A stretch of DNA of 64,000 bases, from contig CM082591.2 of assembly GCA_040954595.2 (NCBI GenBank), positions 6,516,695 to 6,580,694 of the forward strand. Reading direction: 5' to 3'. This document shows positions 15,001 through 25,694 of this stretch, piece after piece. The position numbers were made by a program, and so were the translations under genes. How positions within the stretch are numbered: position 1 is the stretch's first letter; each line of letters opens with the position of its first letter. The notes below the pieces were generated by a model. It saw only the letters and a list, made by a program, of their open reading frames with translations, did not search any database and was not told the DNA's origin. Source of the DNA: Balanoglossus misakiensis (taxonomy: Eukaryota; Animalia; Hemichordata).

Positions 15001-15484
15001 TGCGAATTATGAAAATTTGGTCATTTTTTGATAAAAACCATGGGTTATAGCCCATGAAAATCATCCAGAATCGACGATTTTTCGACTTTGCGAATTATGA
15101 AAATTTGGTCATTTTTTGATAAAAACCATGGGTTATAGCCCATGAAAATCATCCAGAATCGACGATTTTTCGACTTTGCGAATTATGAAAATTTGGTCAT
15201 TTTTTGATAAAAACCATGGGTTATAGCCCATGAAAATCATCCAGAATCGACGATTTTTCGACTTTGCGAATTATGAAAATTTGGTCATTTTTTGATAAAA
15301 AAAACATGGGTTATAGCCCATGAAAATCATCCAGAATCGACGATTTTTCGACTTTGCGAATTATGAAAATTTGGTCATTTTTTGATAAAAAACCATGGGT
15401 TATAGCCCATGAAAATCATCCAGAATCGACGATTTTTCGACTTTGCGAATTATGAAAATTTGGTCATTTTTTGATAAAAACCAT
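1..15484. repeat. 88-bp tandem satellite DNA array (about 175 monomers, truncated by the window start)
   Basis: Monomer TTGGTCATTTTTTGATAAAAACCATGGGTTATAGCCCATGAAAATCATCCAGAATCGACGATTTTTCGACTTTGCGAATTATGAAAAT is repeated head-to-tail. The period is 88 (CAGAATCG at 61 and 149). The array stops abruptly at ...AAAAACCAT|AAGTGAC near 15484. Confidence 0.98.
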
Positions 15485-16139
15485 AAGTGACTATTTTACA
15501 CGCATTCGGAGTAATCACGCGCCATTTTCGATAACACCTAAAATCGTTAATATTATACATTGATTCAACACGAAGTTGCAAGCCGCGGTTGTTGGGGAGG
15601 TGGGGGGGGGGGGGTCTTTACTTATACGTGCATGCGATCATTCACGAAATCACCCAGAGAAATTCACCCTTGTAATAATTTTATACCTTTCAGAGGATTA
15701 TGAAACGATGCTGCCCAAATATTCAATGACTGCATCGGCGTTTAATTTCAGCATCACGCTTTTAAGGTCACACTACATGTAGCTTGTCCGGTTGAACATT
15801 CAACAAGTTAGTTATGCATTAATAAAACATGTGTGGTTAAAGTGCATCACATTTCGCGAAACTTCGACACACGGCTGATTCGCCTGGCGGAGGGTTTTGT
15901 AGCAGTCACGCGGTCCATCAGCTGTGGAACTTTACCAATTCTGCGGAGAGCGAAGCCACACGCTGTGGTATAGTGCCAGCTATTGGACAAGACTATCGCA
16001 TCCGTCGACCCATCCGACGCTGTTCTCAGTCCAAGTCCAATTTTCTCTTGTGTGACGGAGTCAGGAACCTAGTGTCCTCGAGGTACGACTGTTTCCAATG
16101 TCTTTTTGAAGTCACATTTGGATTCTGTAGATATACGCC

Positions 16140-16350
16140 TATACACATAAAACAGGACTATGTTTCATTTGATGATGGCATAGAACACACACGTTGCTTC
16201 AGTTATCCATCCTGTATGAATGAAATGAAGAAGTCATACTAGTATTTGAAATTCTGTTGATATATACACTAAAAAGATCAATTATGTTTAATTGGCTGAT
16301 GACATAGAAAACATATTTGCTTCAGTTATACATCCAGTATGAAATGAAAT
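16140..16350. repeat. Degenerate direct duplication (two copies of about 90 bp)
   Basis: TATACAC...TATGTTT...GATG(G/A)CATAGAA...TTGCTTCAGTTAT(C/A)CATCC(T/A)GTATGAA occurs at about 16140-16230 and again at about 16262-16350. Confidence 0.6.
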
Positions 16351-16789
16351 TTACGTTTCAGGATACTGTGCCGTTTCCTAACACCTAAGACCAAACTGCA
16401 GAATAATTTTAGAACGCACGGAAATTGGTCCGTAGATAGAGAGACCAAAAAGATTTAACAAAAACAGCGCTCTTAAAAACTTCATCTAGTTTCCCTCTTC
16501 TACACGATTTTTATTCCATGATTTTGTGTCCGTTATTTGAATCAATGGCGTCATCTCGATGTGTCGAGCATTGTTTGGTTAGCTATTAATTTTGACGTGG
16601 AATGCAAATGATGTCAGTTGATAGACTAACTGTTCTGGTGATGTAGGGTATTTCGTTTATATATTGACCGACAGAAGGCGTCTTTTTTTATTAATTCTGC
16701 AGCCTCATCCTGATTGAAATCCGCAGAATCATTTTTTTTTCTCCGGTAATGGTCAGGAATGTTAACGTTACTATCCGTCATTTTCAGAC

Positions 16790-17245
16790 ATGTTTCGGCG
16801 TAGGCGGTTAGCTGGGTCAAGATCCAGGTCGAGGTCGAGGTCGAGGTCTCTCTCAATCTCCCCTCCGAGGAGGAGGTCCTTATCTCGTTCGCTATCACCA
16901 CCGGGGAGAAGGTCAAGATCAAGGTCGCGCTCGTTGTCTCCGCCGGGACGCTGCGGACCGCCGGGCTACGCATACAACCCACCCGGTCTCGTTGGCGGGC
17001 CCGGCGTCGGATACAACCCTCCGGGACTCGTTGGCGGGCCCGGCGTCGGATACAACCCACCCGGGCCGGTGGGTGGGCCAGGTCGGTACAACCCACCAGG
17101 GCCAATGGGTGGACCGAATTTGGGGCCTAACCCACCAGGACCAGTCGGTGGACCGAATTTGGGGCCGAACCCACCAGGGCCAATGGGTGGACCGAATTTG
17201 GGGCCGAACCCACCAGGACCAATGGGTGGTCCAGCATGGCGATAG
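16790..17245 (+). CDS. Orphan 151-aa protein: Arg/Ser (RS)-rich N-terminus plus 13-aa Gly/Pro repeats (YNPPGLVGGPGVG, PNPPGPMGGPNLG)
   Basis: GC-rich ORF in AT-rich flanks. An acceptor-like TTTTCAG ends 2 nt before the ATG, and AATAAA lies at about 17322. The 39-bp repeats vary mainly at third codon positions. No homolog recognised. Confidence 0.6.
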   Translation: MFRRRRLAGSRSRSRSRSRSLSISPPRRRSLSRSLSPPGRRSRSRSRSLSPPGRCGPPGYAYNPPGLVGGPGVGYNPPGLVGGPGVGYNPPGPVGGPGRYNPPGPMGGPNLGPNPPGPVGGPNLGPNPPGPMGGPNLGPNPPGPMGGPAWR

Positions 17246-18783
17246 ACGGTATTTGATGCGATTTGAACCAACCATCTTCTCTCGCAGACATTCAACGGCG
17301 GACTCTTAATGTAGTTTAGCGAATAAACAAATCATACGCGTATCCTTCACGCTTTACTTAGCACAGTGTAACTTCGCCCAATACATAGAACATGTCAATT
17401 ATCCTGTGTTCTCCACGGACCGATAGATAGATAGAAAAGTTTTGATTGATATCCATAGTAACAATCTTGGTTAGTGTTGATGTGTTCCACGTGGAGTTTC
17501 TTTAACCAGGTGTAATCGAACGCCTACGCAAAAATCTAGTGATTCAGAGACTAAAGTGATGGTATTTCAGGAGGGCGTCATTATTTCATCAAAATGAAGA
17601 CAAATCATGATAGCGTCTACTGGTGCTTTTGGATTTGGGGATCTGTGACTCTTTGCAAATATGCTTTTGAACATTAATACAGCTGAACGTTCTTCTGGTG
17701 TTTGCAACTAGAACTTGCCGCTGGACCAGTCAGAAATGATCAGGGAACGTGAAAAACATATTTTGTCAATGCATAATTCGCTTGTGACAGCTTTTGGACA
17801 AATATTTTTTTTCATTCCTTGATGTTAAGTTTTTGAATAACATCTCTTCTATTCTGACTTCCAACATCTATTTGAATTACGAATTCTCCATGTCTTTGTT
17901 GGCGTTAACGTTTTTGATGTGTTATCAATAAATAATGCGAGATCATCGCTATCAACTATTAACCACGGCTTTATCATTTATCATTTGTGACTTATTCGTA
18001 CAAAGTACGCCCTCGTACGAAGCATGCTGTAAAGCTGTTACATGTCCCAATGGAATTAATTGGTCCAAAAATAAATACTATGTGTTGTGTTTCCTGATTA
18101 TTGACCTTCTGGACACTATGAACCAACAAAATTCTACAGAACAGGTCAGGCACATAAAAGTTTCATTGATGAACTTCACGTGTGTCATGCATTCAATAAA
18201 ATTTTTAAAAAAATTGCCGCGTGATTTGGTCAATAAATGTTCAGCTTGCCTTTCATTACAACTACTACAACACCTGAATATGATTCAGAGAATACAAATG
18301 TTTTACGTACTTTCGGCTGTAAATTGAAAAGATATTATTAAATTTCAATCGTTTCGTTCACCATCTGTAATGCCACGAGGTTGTCCGACGCCATTTTCTT
18401 CACAAACACTCATTAACCCCATTACCAACACATTGCGGTTAGGATGATGATGTGCCTGAAGAGGACGTGTTCGCATAATTAATGACATTGTCAAGGGTGT
18501 GGTCGCTAATCCCGCCAAGGAAGTTTCATATCAACACATTTAGTTTCAGAGGAAACACTCTGATGAAATAATCGACCGTAGCAACGTTTACATTAGGTTT
18601 GCAGATCCAAACGACTGTGATGGAAATATCTCATATATCCTCCCGTAATGATTAACCAGAATTTCAAATTTTCCAAATGGCAGTTGCTTATTATAATTGG
18701 TCCTAACACACCAAGCGTTGTTGTGAATCCGTAATATTTGAAGAAAGAGTAAAACGTTAGCGAATATTAACTAGCAGTGTGAG

Positions 18784-18925
18784 CCAATGAGAAAAGAAAC
18801 GGGGGATGGTGTGATTACTTCTAGGCTGGCTGTCGGAGAGCAAGTATCGGTGATTTTTGACTCAGGAAGACAGGCTAGGCATTTCATATTCCCTGCGTAG
18901 CGAGGAGCAACCCACAAAGGTGAGT
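18784..18925 (+). promoter_or_regulatory. Candidate promoter and non-coding first exon for the Gly-Pro ORF
   Basis: CCAAT at 18784 and a strong donor AAG|GTGAGT at 18920. A matching polypyrimidine acceptor (TTCTCTGCTCTATTTCAG) ends at 20045. This is inference without transcript data. Confidence 0.3.
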
Positions 18926-19180
18926 AACCAGTGGTTGATTCTCAGCGAGGGGAAAATACAGTAACAAGGTTCACCATTCTGAAGAAAACATGCCCGAGGC
19001 TTGCGGGGTGTGAGCTTCCCTGATGCAGTTTTGGCTATCACAGTCATATGTACAAATCGTGTTAGGAAGCGCCTTTGTGAACCCACTCTTTACCAGAGAT
19101 ATGTTGATGCAGAATAAGGAGCGATAAATCGACGTCGGGTGACACTTTTCTTGTTATTTTGTATCAAAAAAGCAACAAAA

Positions 19181-19335
19181 TGCATCAAAATGTTTCAAAT
19201 TGCATCAAAATGTTGCAGATTGTATCAAAAATATTTCAAATTGGATAAAAATGTTTAAGATTGTATCAAAAATATGTTTCAAATTGCATCAAAACGTTTC
19301 ATATTGTTTTATAAATGTTTCCAAATGTGTCAAAA
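19181..19335. repeat. Degenerate minisatellite, about 20-bp unit (TGCATCAAAATGTTTCAAAT), about 7 copies
   Basis: Direct reading of tandem units. Confidence 0.75.
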
Positions 19336-20047
19336 AAGGCATCGGGTTTCACAGTGGACAATCAACGTGGCTGATATAACCGAAAGGTCAGTTTCGACAA
19401 CGGTTGTTAGTGTCGAGGTTTAAAATATCAAACTATAACGGTCTATTCCACTGCATTTTCTTTGTTTTCAAAATTATCGTGATCATACCTCCTGTCAATG
19501 ATTGGAAAATTGGCTACGCCAAGTCGAAGCATGTATTTACTGCATTTTAAATGTTCATCTCTTATTGTTCACCGCTTTATTTCCAACCGAGGTTGTAAAT
19601 TTAGAAATTGCTGTGAATTGGCATCACGCTTTATTTGTCTTGTGAATCATACCATGAGATAAAAAACGCGTTATATAGGTCAGAGTTAATGTTTAGTCCA
19701 CTGGCTGTATTTTGAACTATCTCACGCTTCTTTCAATGTTATTCATAATTTAGTTGTGCGCAAAATCAGAACTTCCCCACTGAGCGATATCTCTGCCCTG
19801 CACAGCATAAGGTACCCTAGCAACAGAACAATGAGCGCTGTTACCATGTGCACTATTTAGCTTGTAGTAGCATAATGCAAAGATGTCTGTCTGTCTTTCT
19901 ATAAACGGTGTTCGTGAAGATGTTTAAATGAAGAGATTCAAAATTATCAAAACGCTCCAATGTCTAAGACATTTTAATGTGTGACTCTTTTGTTTTAGTT
20001 ATATCAGTAGTTCCATCTAACAATTAATTCTCTGCTCTATTTCAGCA

Positions 20048-20305
20048 ATGTTCAGACCAGGACCAGGGCGTGGCCCAGGACCAGGACCCGGACCGGGCCC
20101 AGGACCCGGACCAGGACCAAGCCCGGGACCGGGACCAGGAGGCCCGGGACCAGGACCAGGCGGCCCGGGACCTGGCCCAGGGGGACCAGGGCCGGGTCCA
20201 AGCCCGGGACCAGGGCCAGGAGGACCGGGACCTGGGCCAGGAGGCCCGGGTCCAGGACCAGGCGGACCGGGGCCAGGACCGAGCCCGGGACCAGGACCGT
20301 TCTAG
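20048..20305 (+). CDS. Orphan 85-aa poly(Gly-Pro) protein (MFRPGPGRGPGPGP...SPGPGPF)
   Basis: The ATG follows a good splice acceptor (TTTCAG|CA ATG) and the stop TAG comes right after the repeat. GGN/CCN third positions vary while Gly/Pro are kept, which points to protein-level constraint rather than a simple DNA repeat. Confidence 0.55.
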   Translation: MFRPGPGRGPGPGPGPGPGPGPGPSPGPGPGGPGPGPGGPGPGPGGPGPGPSPGPGPGGPGPGPGGPGPGPGGPGPGPSPGPGPF

Positions 20306-22523
20306 ATGACATCGCACGCGGCCCGCAAACAGCACGTAGTATGGAGAGACAGCACATCATGATACTAGACTTGTTTAGATGATTTCACAGCAGCTGTTTT
20401 TCTCGGGTTCGACAGCGAATCAGAGAAGCATAGTGTCGTTAAATTTGGAACTATAGTTTAATAGTTCGGTTTTTTAAAGAAAACACAACGGTGTACCCAT
20501 CGCCACGATTCTTGCACATTTCTTCCTTCACACATTTAGCAACTAAACTGTTAGATTCCTTGAGCTCCAAAATACTTTTACTTTTAATTTGTGTCTTTGT
20601 TTTTACACTATGCCTTGTGTATTTTTATTTTATTGTTTTCTACCTCCAAGGCTCACTGTCCACTAAGTGACCTGTTTTGAAATCGGACGTTCCATCATGT
20701 CTCGTCTGTTGCGTTGGCAACTGAATCATTACCGGAGATTGACCGTAGTTGACTTCATCCAGCTTTTGAGATTAAAGTGACATTTTCACGAAAATCTTAT
20801 CAAGAACAACTCTCATCGTCGTTTTGCGAGACATACCTTCTGTGTGATAAGACATTCAACCCTGCACTTGCTGTATGTACGATTTGGAAACAATTATACT
20901 AACTTCGTGTTCCTGCGGAGAGTAATACTTAATGGACCAACTTGGAGACGTTACAAAATGCATCTTAACACATCAAGAATGATCAACGAGGCACAAGCGG
21001 TTTCATGACAAAGGTGTACCTCCAACTACCGAAGAGAATTCGAACCTAACCAATTAGATCTGATATAAAGGCAACGTCCATTCCTCGTGAAGAGAATTAT
21101 TGATATTGCTCAAGAAAGTTGTCTCAATGTTTCTCGGACAAAAGACATTCACGCCATTTGTGACTTCAGTGAAGAAGGGCAGTTGGAATGCAGAAAAAAT
21201 ACATTAATAACTTATGATAGTTACACTAAGCTTTCCTACGTAATTGCATTGTGTTGTGTCTTGATAAGAACAAGTTTTACACGATTTGTGAGGTAATTAT
21301 AATAACTAACCATGTGGGCAGTATTAACGTCGTTGCTTGTCTTTTGAAACTGAATAAAATATTGATGTGAAAACCGAAGAGACGTCACCGGAGTAATAAT
21401 TAACCAAACTCTGGCCTATCCCACCTGGCAATCGGCGTCAAACGTCATGATTTTATGTTTGAGCGGCAAAGTATAGCCTGCATAATTAATAGAGATAAAT
21501 TATATTAGGACTACATGTATGTGTTTCCTGCATCACGACTTTCAAAAATGGGGATTTTCTTTCACGCGGAGAAGATGGCTAAGGATCAGTGAACTAGGCT
21601 GGACTAGAGTGTAGGTCGGGTATCAGAATGAAACAGGTGTAGTTTTTGTGGCCTTGGATAAGATACATAATTGCAGAAAGCGGGGCCAAGCCTCAAACAT
21701 TTTGGTTAATATTTTTCTACCTCGTTCGATACATTGTTGAAATGAGACATGTAGACTGTGTCCTCGGCAGCGACGTATTGGTTTTGTGAATCTCATTTAA
21801 ATGGGGTCGTGAACTTTGCGTACCACGCATGACCCAATTCCGATCATTTCGCCTTGGCCGGGCAAAGTTAAATTTTTATCTATTTAAACTAGATCCATTG
21901 TTTGTTGTTTTTCCAACTCTGTTATTTGCATTGTCGATAGTTTGCACTAGCTATACATTTCTGCTGCGCAATGCTGTCATGAAGAAGCATTTTTTGTTTC
22001 ACGGCCATTCTTAACAAATCATTGTATGACACACTCCTCAAACAAGGGATTAACTGGTACAAGAGAGCCTACACCATGAATAAAATGCTGGCTTATCACT
22101 TTTAAAGGCAATTTAGTGGTATTTGACTTCAACTATATCGATTTATTATTAAACAATTATTGAAAATTTAAAACCTAACCCAATGACTCATAGCACAGGA
22201 TGTTTGTTCATGGTGATGCTTTGTACAGTATGATTCAGCTATAACCTTCACAAAAGTTTAAAGTCCACAGTGATGAACTCTAAAAATATAATATATGTTG
22301 GATAGGCGACTATATGGGCCTTATCTTTCAGTGCGCATTGAAGTCTGCGCAAATTTTGGATTTGGCATAGGTCGCAGAGGATACGCGTTCGACAGAAGAA
22401 TAATCACCAACGGGAGTGTACGCCCTCTATCGTTCACCGGTGACGTGGAGGGTGATAACGTTTTGTAGGCCAGACAGACCTTTGCCCACAACATCATTTA
22501 TCACCGCCATTTTAAATTGGCAA

Positions 22524-22596
22524 GGGTGGGCCGGAGGATTCGGGGCGGGGTCACATTCCACGTGACCGACCCACTCAAATTTCCTCCGGCCCACCC
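22524..22596. other. GC-rich stem-loop (inverted repeat)
   Basis: GGGTGGGCCGGAGGA pairs perfectly with TCCTCCGGCCCACCC (15 bp), and there is an inner GGTCAC/GTGACC stem. Confidence 0.7.
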
Positions 22597-23220
22597 CCTC
22601 ATAAAACATATGAAAGGTCCCTTACTTGATGCTATCGCCTGGTAGGTCTCCCTCGGCACTGAAGCGACGTCGTGCGATGATTCCGTTGTCGGATTGCCCA
22701 CGCATCATGGCCGCCAGCCGGATGATGAAATCTGGATTTGGTATCGCCTGAGGGCTCCCTCCTTAAATGACGCTGCAAGATTGTTTCGATGCAAAACATG
22801 TTTTAAGGGAGACTTCCGACTTTGTGTAGTTGTATTCCGCCAATAATTTTAATTACTAAAATTCGAAACTTGTTAAACGTTCACTCATCAACACGCAAAA
22901 TTTCGTCACAAAATTTTAACTGGACCTTTGAAACAAAAAATATCGACATAATTTATTGACAGAAAAGTGTCAGAAAAATGGACAGATGTAATAATGATTT
23001 CTTGTGGGCGTTACATTTCTAAATATTCTTTGATCAATCTCAGATGAACTACCGTCATAAACAATTGATCATATCACATTTAACAACATAGGGCCATTTC
23101 AGTAGGAGCAAATGATTGACTTGAATTTCAATAGACGTGAATATTTTGGCAATAGGGAAGTTAATAACTTTTTTGTCGGGTCTAATTCCCTTCAGAGTCA
23201 AAAGTTACAACTGCTGTACC

Positions 23221-23575
23221 TTAAAGGGACAAAGTCTCTCTCTCGCTGCCCCTTTCCATGAATTATGTTTGATACAAGACACCGTTTATTATATTCTACA
23301 TCTGGATATATAGTCAATCAACGTTCGACCACACACAACTTCCATGCAACTTGTAGACACCAGAGTGAAAAACTCGCCAAAATGAATAATCGGTGTTTAC
23401 CATTTATTCATTTTGGCGGGATTTTTACTCTCATATCCTACAAACGGGATGGAAGTTGTGTGTCGTTGAATGTTGATTCTCTATATATCCACATGTAGAA
23501 TAACATGAACGGTGTCTTGTAATCAAACATAATTAATGGAAAAAAGGCAGCGAGAGAGAGACTTTGTCCCTTTAA
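23221..23575. mobile_element. Non-autonomous TIR element (MITE) with TTAA flanks, Kolobok/piggyBac-like ends
   Basis: Left end TTAAAGGGACAAAGTCTCTCTCTCGCTGCC...CAAGACACCGTT is mirrored by right end AACGGTGTCTTG...GGCAGCGAGAGAGAGACTTTGTCCCTTTAA, giving an imperfect TIR of about 65 bp. Confidence 0.85.
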
Positions 23576-25694
23576 AATAAAACCGTTTGAAGCAAAGGGG
23601 TTTTGAGATCAGGCCTGGGTAAATGTTTTATTGCGAAAAATTCAACCGAAAGTGGTTTTGCGTGGTTGATGGAGAGTCTCAAGACACCTGGGATTACAGA
23701 AAGACTTTCCCACGGATATTACACGGACACAGTCATCCAATGTACATGTAAGCTTATGGGGCTGGATGCACAGGTACATGTTTTATGCAATGTCTCCAGA
23801 CTTGGGCAGTCTGTTCCGACCGGCGCCCGTCAGTCTGACAACTTACAACGCGACCAATATGATTTGTTCCGTTGTGATACTTTGTAACGACTTGATAATC
23901 AGTGTATCAGATTTTTTGTCATACTAACAAAACGCCCGGACGTAAGGTCAAGCAAGGGTCATGAAAACGGCTATGGGAAAGTGTGAGGGCCGACACTCTG
24001 TTTGCTGGGATCACAAACATTCGAACTGGACGACCGCGCCATTTAAAAAGGACAAGTAAATCAAGCAGTCTCAACGAAGCATATTGAATATTATTACCAA
24101 TTTTATTTCCTTCTTAATTCGGCTTTATATAATGACTTTTTGAGTTTAATTATTAAATTGATTCAGGTATGCAGCATGTAATAAGAAACAAAGTGCATTT
24201 GCTATGAACAACATTCATTGTCATCATACCTTTCGCTAAATTCGAGATCTCGCGAGACTTGGTTGATAACTGTAGCAGCTAGTTGCTAGCCAAATAATGC
24301 GGAGTTTTGTATGAAACTAGAATAGGTGCAGAGTTTTTAAAAATGTACATAACTTTGATAGGCCATGTGGTGTTTGTCCTGTATCACATGAAAATGCCCC
24401 CACCTACATGGATTGATAAGCCACGCGAGATATCGCAGGGTCTCGTTGAGTCAGGAAAATTGTTCATTCAATATCGTGATAAATCTTAAATAAATTTCAA
24501 TTGAAATAAATGTCCTACAAAGAAAATTAGACCACTTAAGTGTTTTTCTGTCATACCTCTACCGGATACATATACAGAAAATTAAATGATCCATACGAAT
24601 AAATCTGTGAAGTTAAAATTAATATGACCCAATGTCCCTGGCATCCAGTTGTTATGGTAATGTACATGGTATAAGTTAGATGCGACACCCTGCTTTAGTA
24701 AGCAGAACAACATAAATATACTTCCATAAAATCAAGAGTGAGTGACTTTACCCCATTGTCCATGTAGGTCAAAGGTCATTGGGTTTTCAATCTCTGATGT
24801 TGGACGGTACAAATAGTTAAGCCTAAGTGCGGATTCGTGTGGACAAGCTCGTTAGCAATTCGGGTGTAAAAAGACCTGAATTATCTCAGTGTGGTTGCTG
24901 ATGGTAATTTCGAAGATTTACGGACAAGAATATTGTGAAATTTTTCATTTTTTTTCTTCTAGACTATAGGAGCTTTTGCGTAAATTTCGAAATCGATATA
25001 AAGCAAATTCAATACAAAATCGCCCAAAATTGTAAAAATATCACCGCGTATGCGTAAAAATTGTACCTGCGAAATCCGCTAGTCTACTTAAAGAAGTTTG
25101 TATCGGTAAAAGTGTCTGTTTTAAATTATGTGCAAAGTTTGTGAAAGACTTGATTGCCAGTCTGATGTTGTGGTGTGGAATCAAAAACGAAATCGATTTA
25201 CGCCAAGTACAATATTAGCCCTCTGTATATCAATATTGCCTTTCGTAAGAACTGGCGTTGGTAATAATTGCACTTGTATATAGCAAAGCATAGGCTTTTC
25301 TCACGGGATGCGAGTTCATTTAACAAGGTAAGTTTTTTTTAAGGTGGAGACATAATGTCAGTCGCAATCTCCAAAGAGTCTTAAATGTTTAGTGTGCAGA
25401 ATGGGGAGAAACAATCTCCGAAATTGAAAGTGTTTAAACCATGCATGATGGCGATGGCTCTATCTTCCTTTCAACTATCTTACTTGATTTCTTCGACAGC
25501 ACAGACAGTCAGTGTGATGGCGCGCAGTCGTATCTAATTTTGGCAACTTGAATGTTTGTTTTCCCCGGCTAGGTGCTGAGATGTTCGTGGCGGTTCTCTC
25601 AGAAGTAGCTGGCTCACCGTGGTCAAGGTAGATTGCTGTCATCCGGGAGGGCACCTCCATGATGTGAAAGTGTCGACTTATCCAACAACCATTA

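Noticed and set aside
1-15484. CRISPR array or coding repeats (MIFMGYNPWF... ORFs)
   Set aside because: There are no unique spacers and the context is eukaryotic. The ORFs appear only where indels remove the stop codon in an 88-bp (non-triplet) satellite.
16966-17295. Minus-strand Gly/Pro ORF over the RS/GP gene
   Set aside because: GGN/CCN codons mirror on the opposite strand. The acceptor, ATG and AATAAA context favour the plus strand.
20048-20305. Collagen fragment
   Set aside because: The periodicity is Gly-Pro dipeptide, not Gly-X-Y.
24807-25091. Possible TTAA-flanked MITE (TTAAG..GCGGATT ... AATCCGC..CTTAA)
   Set aside because: The terminal inverted match is too short and degenerate to call by eye.
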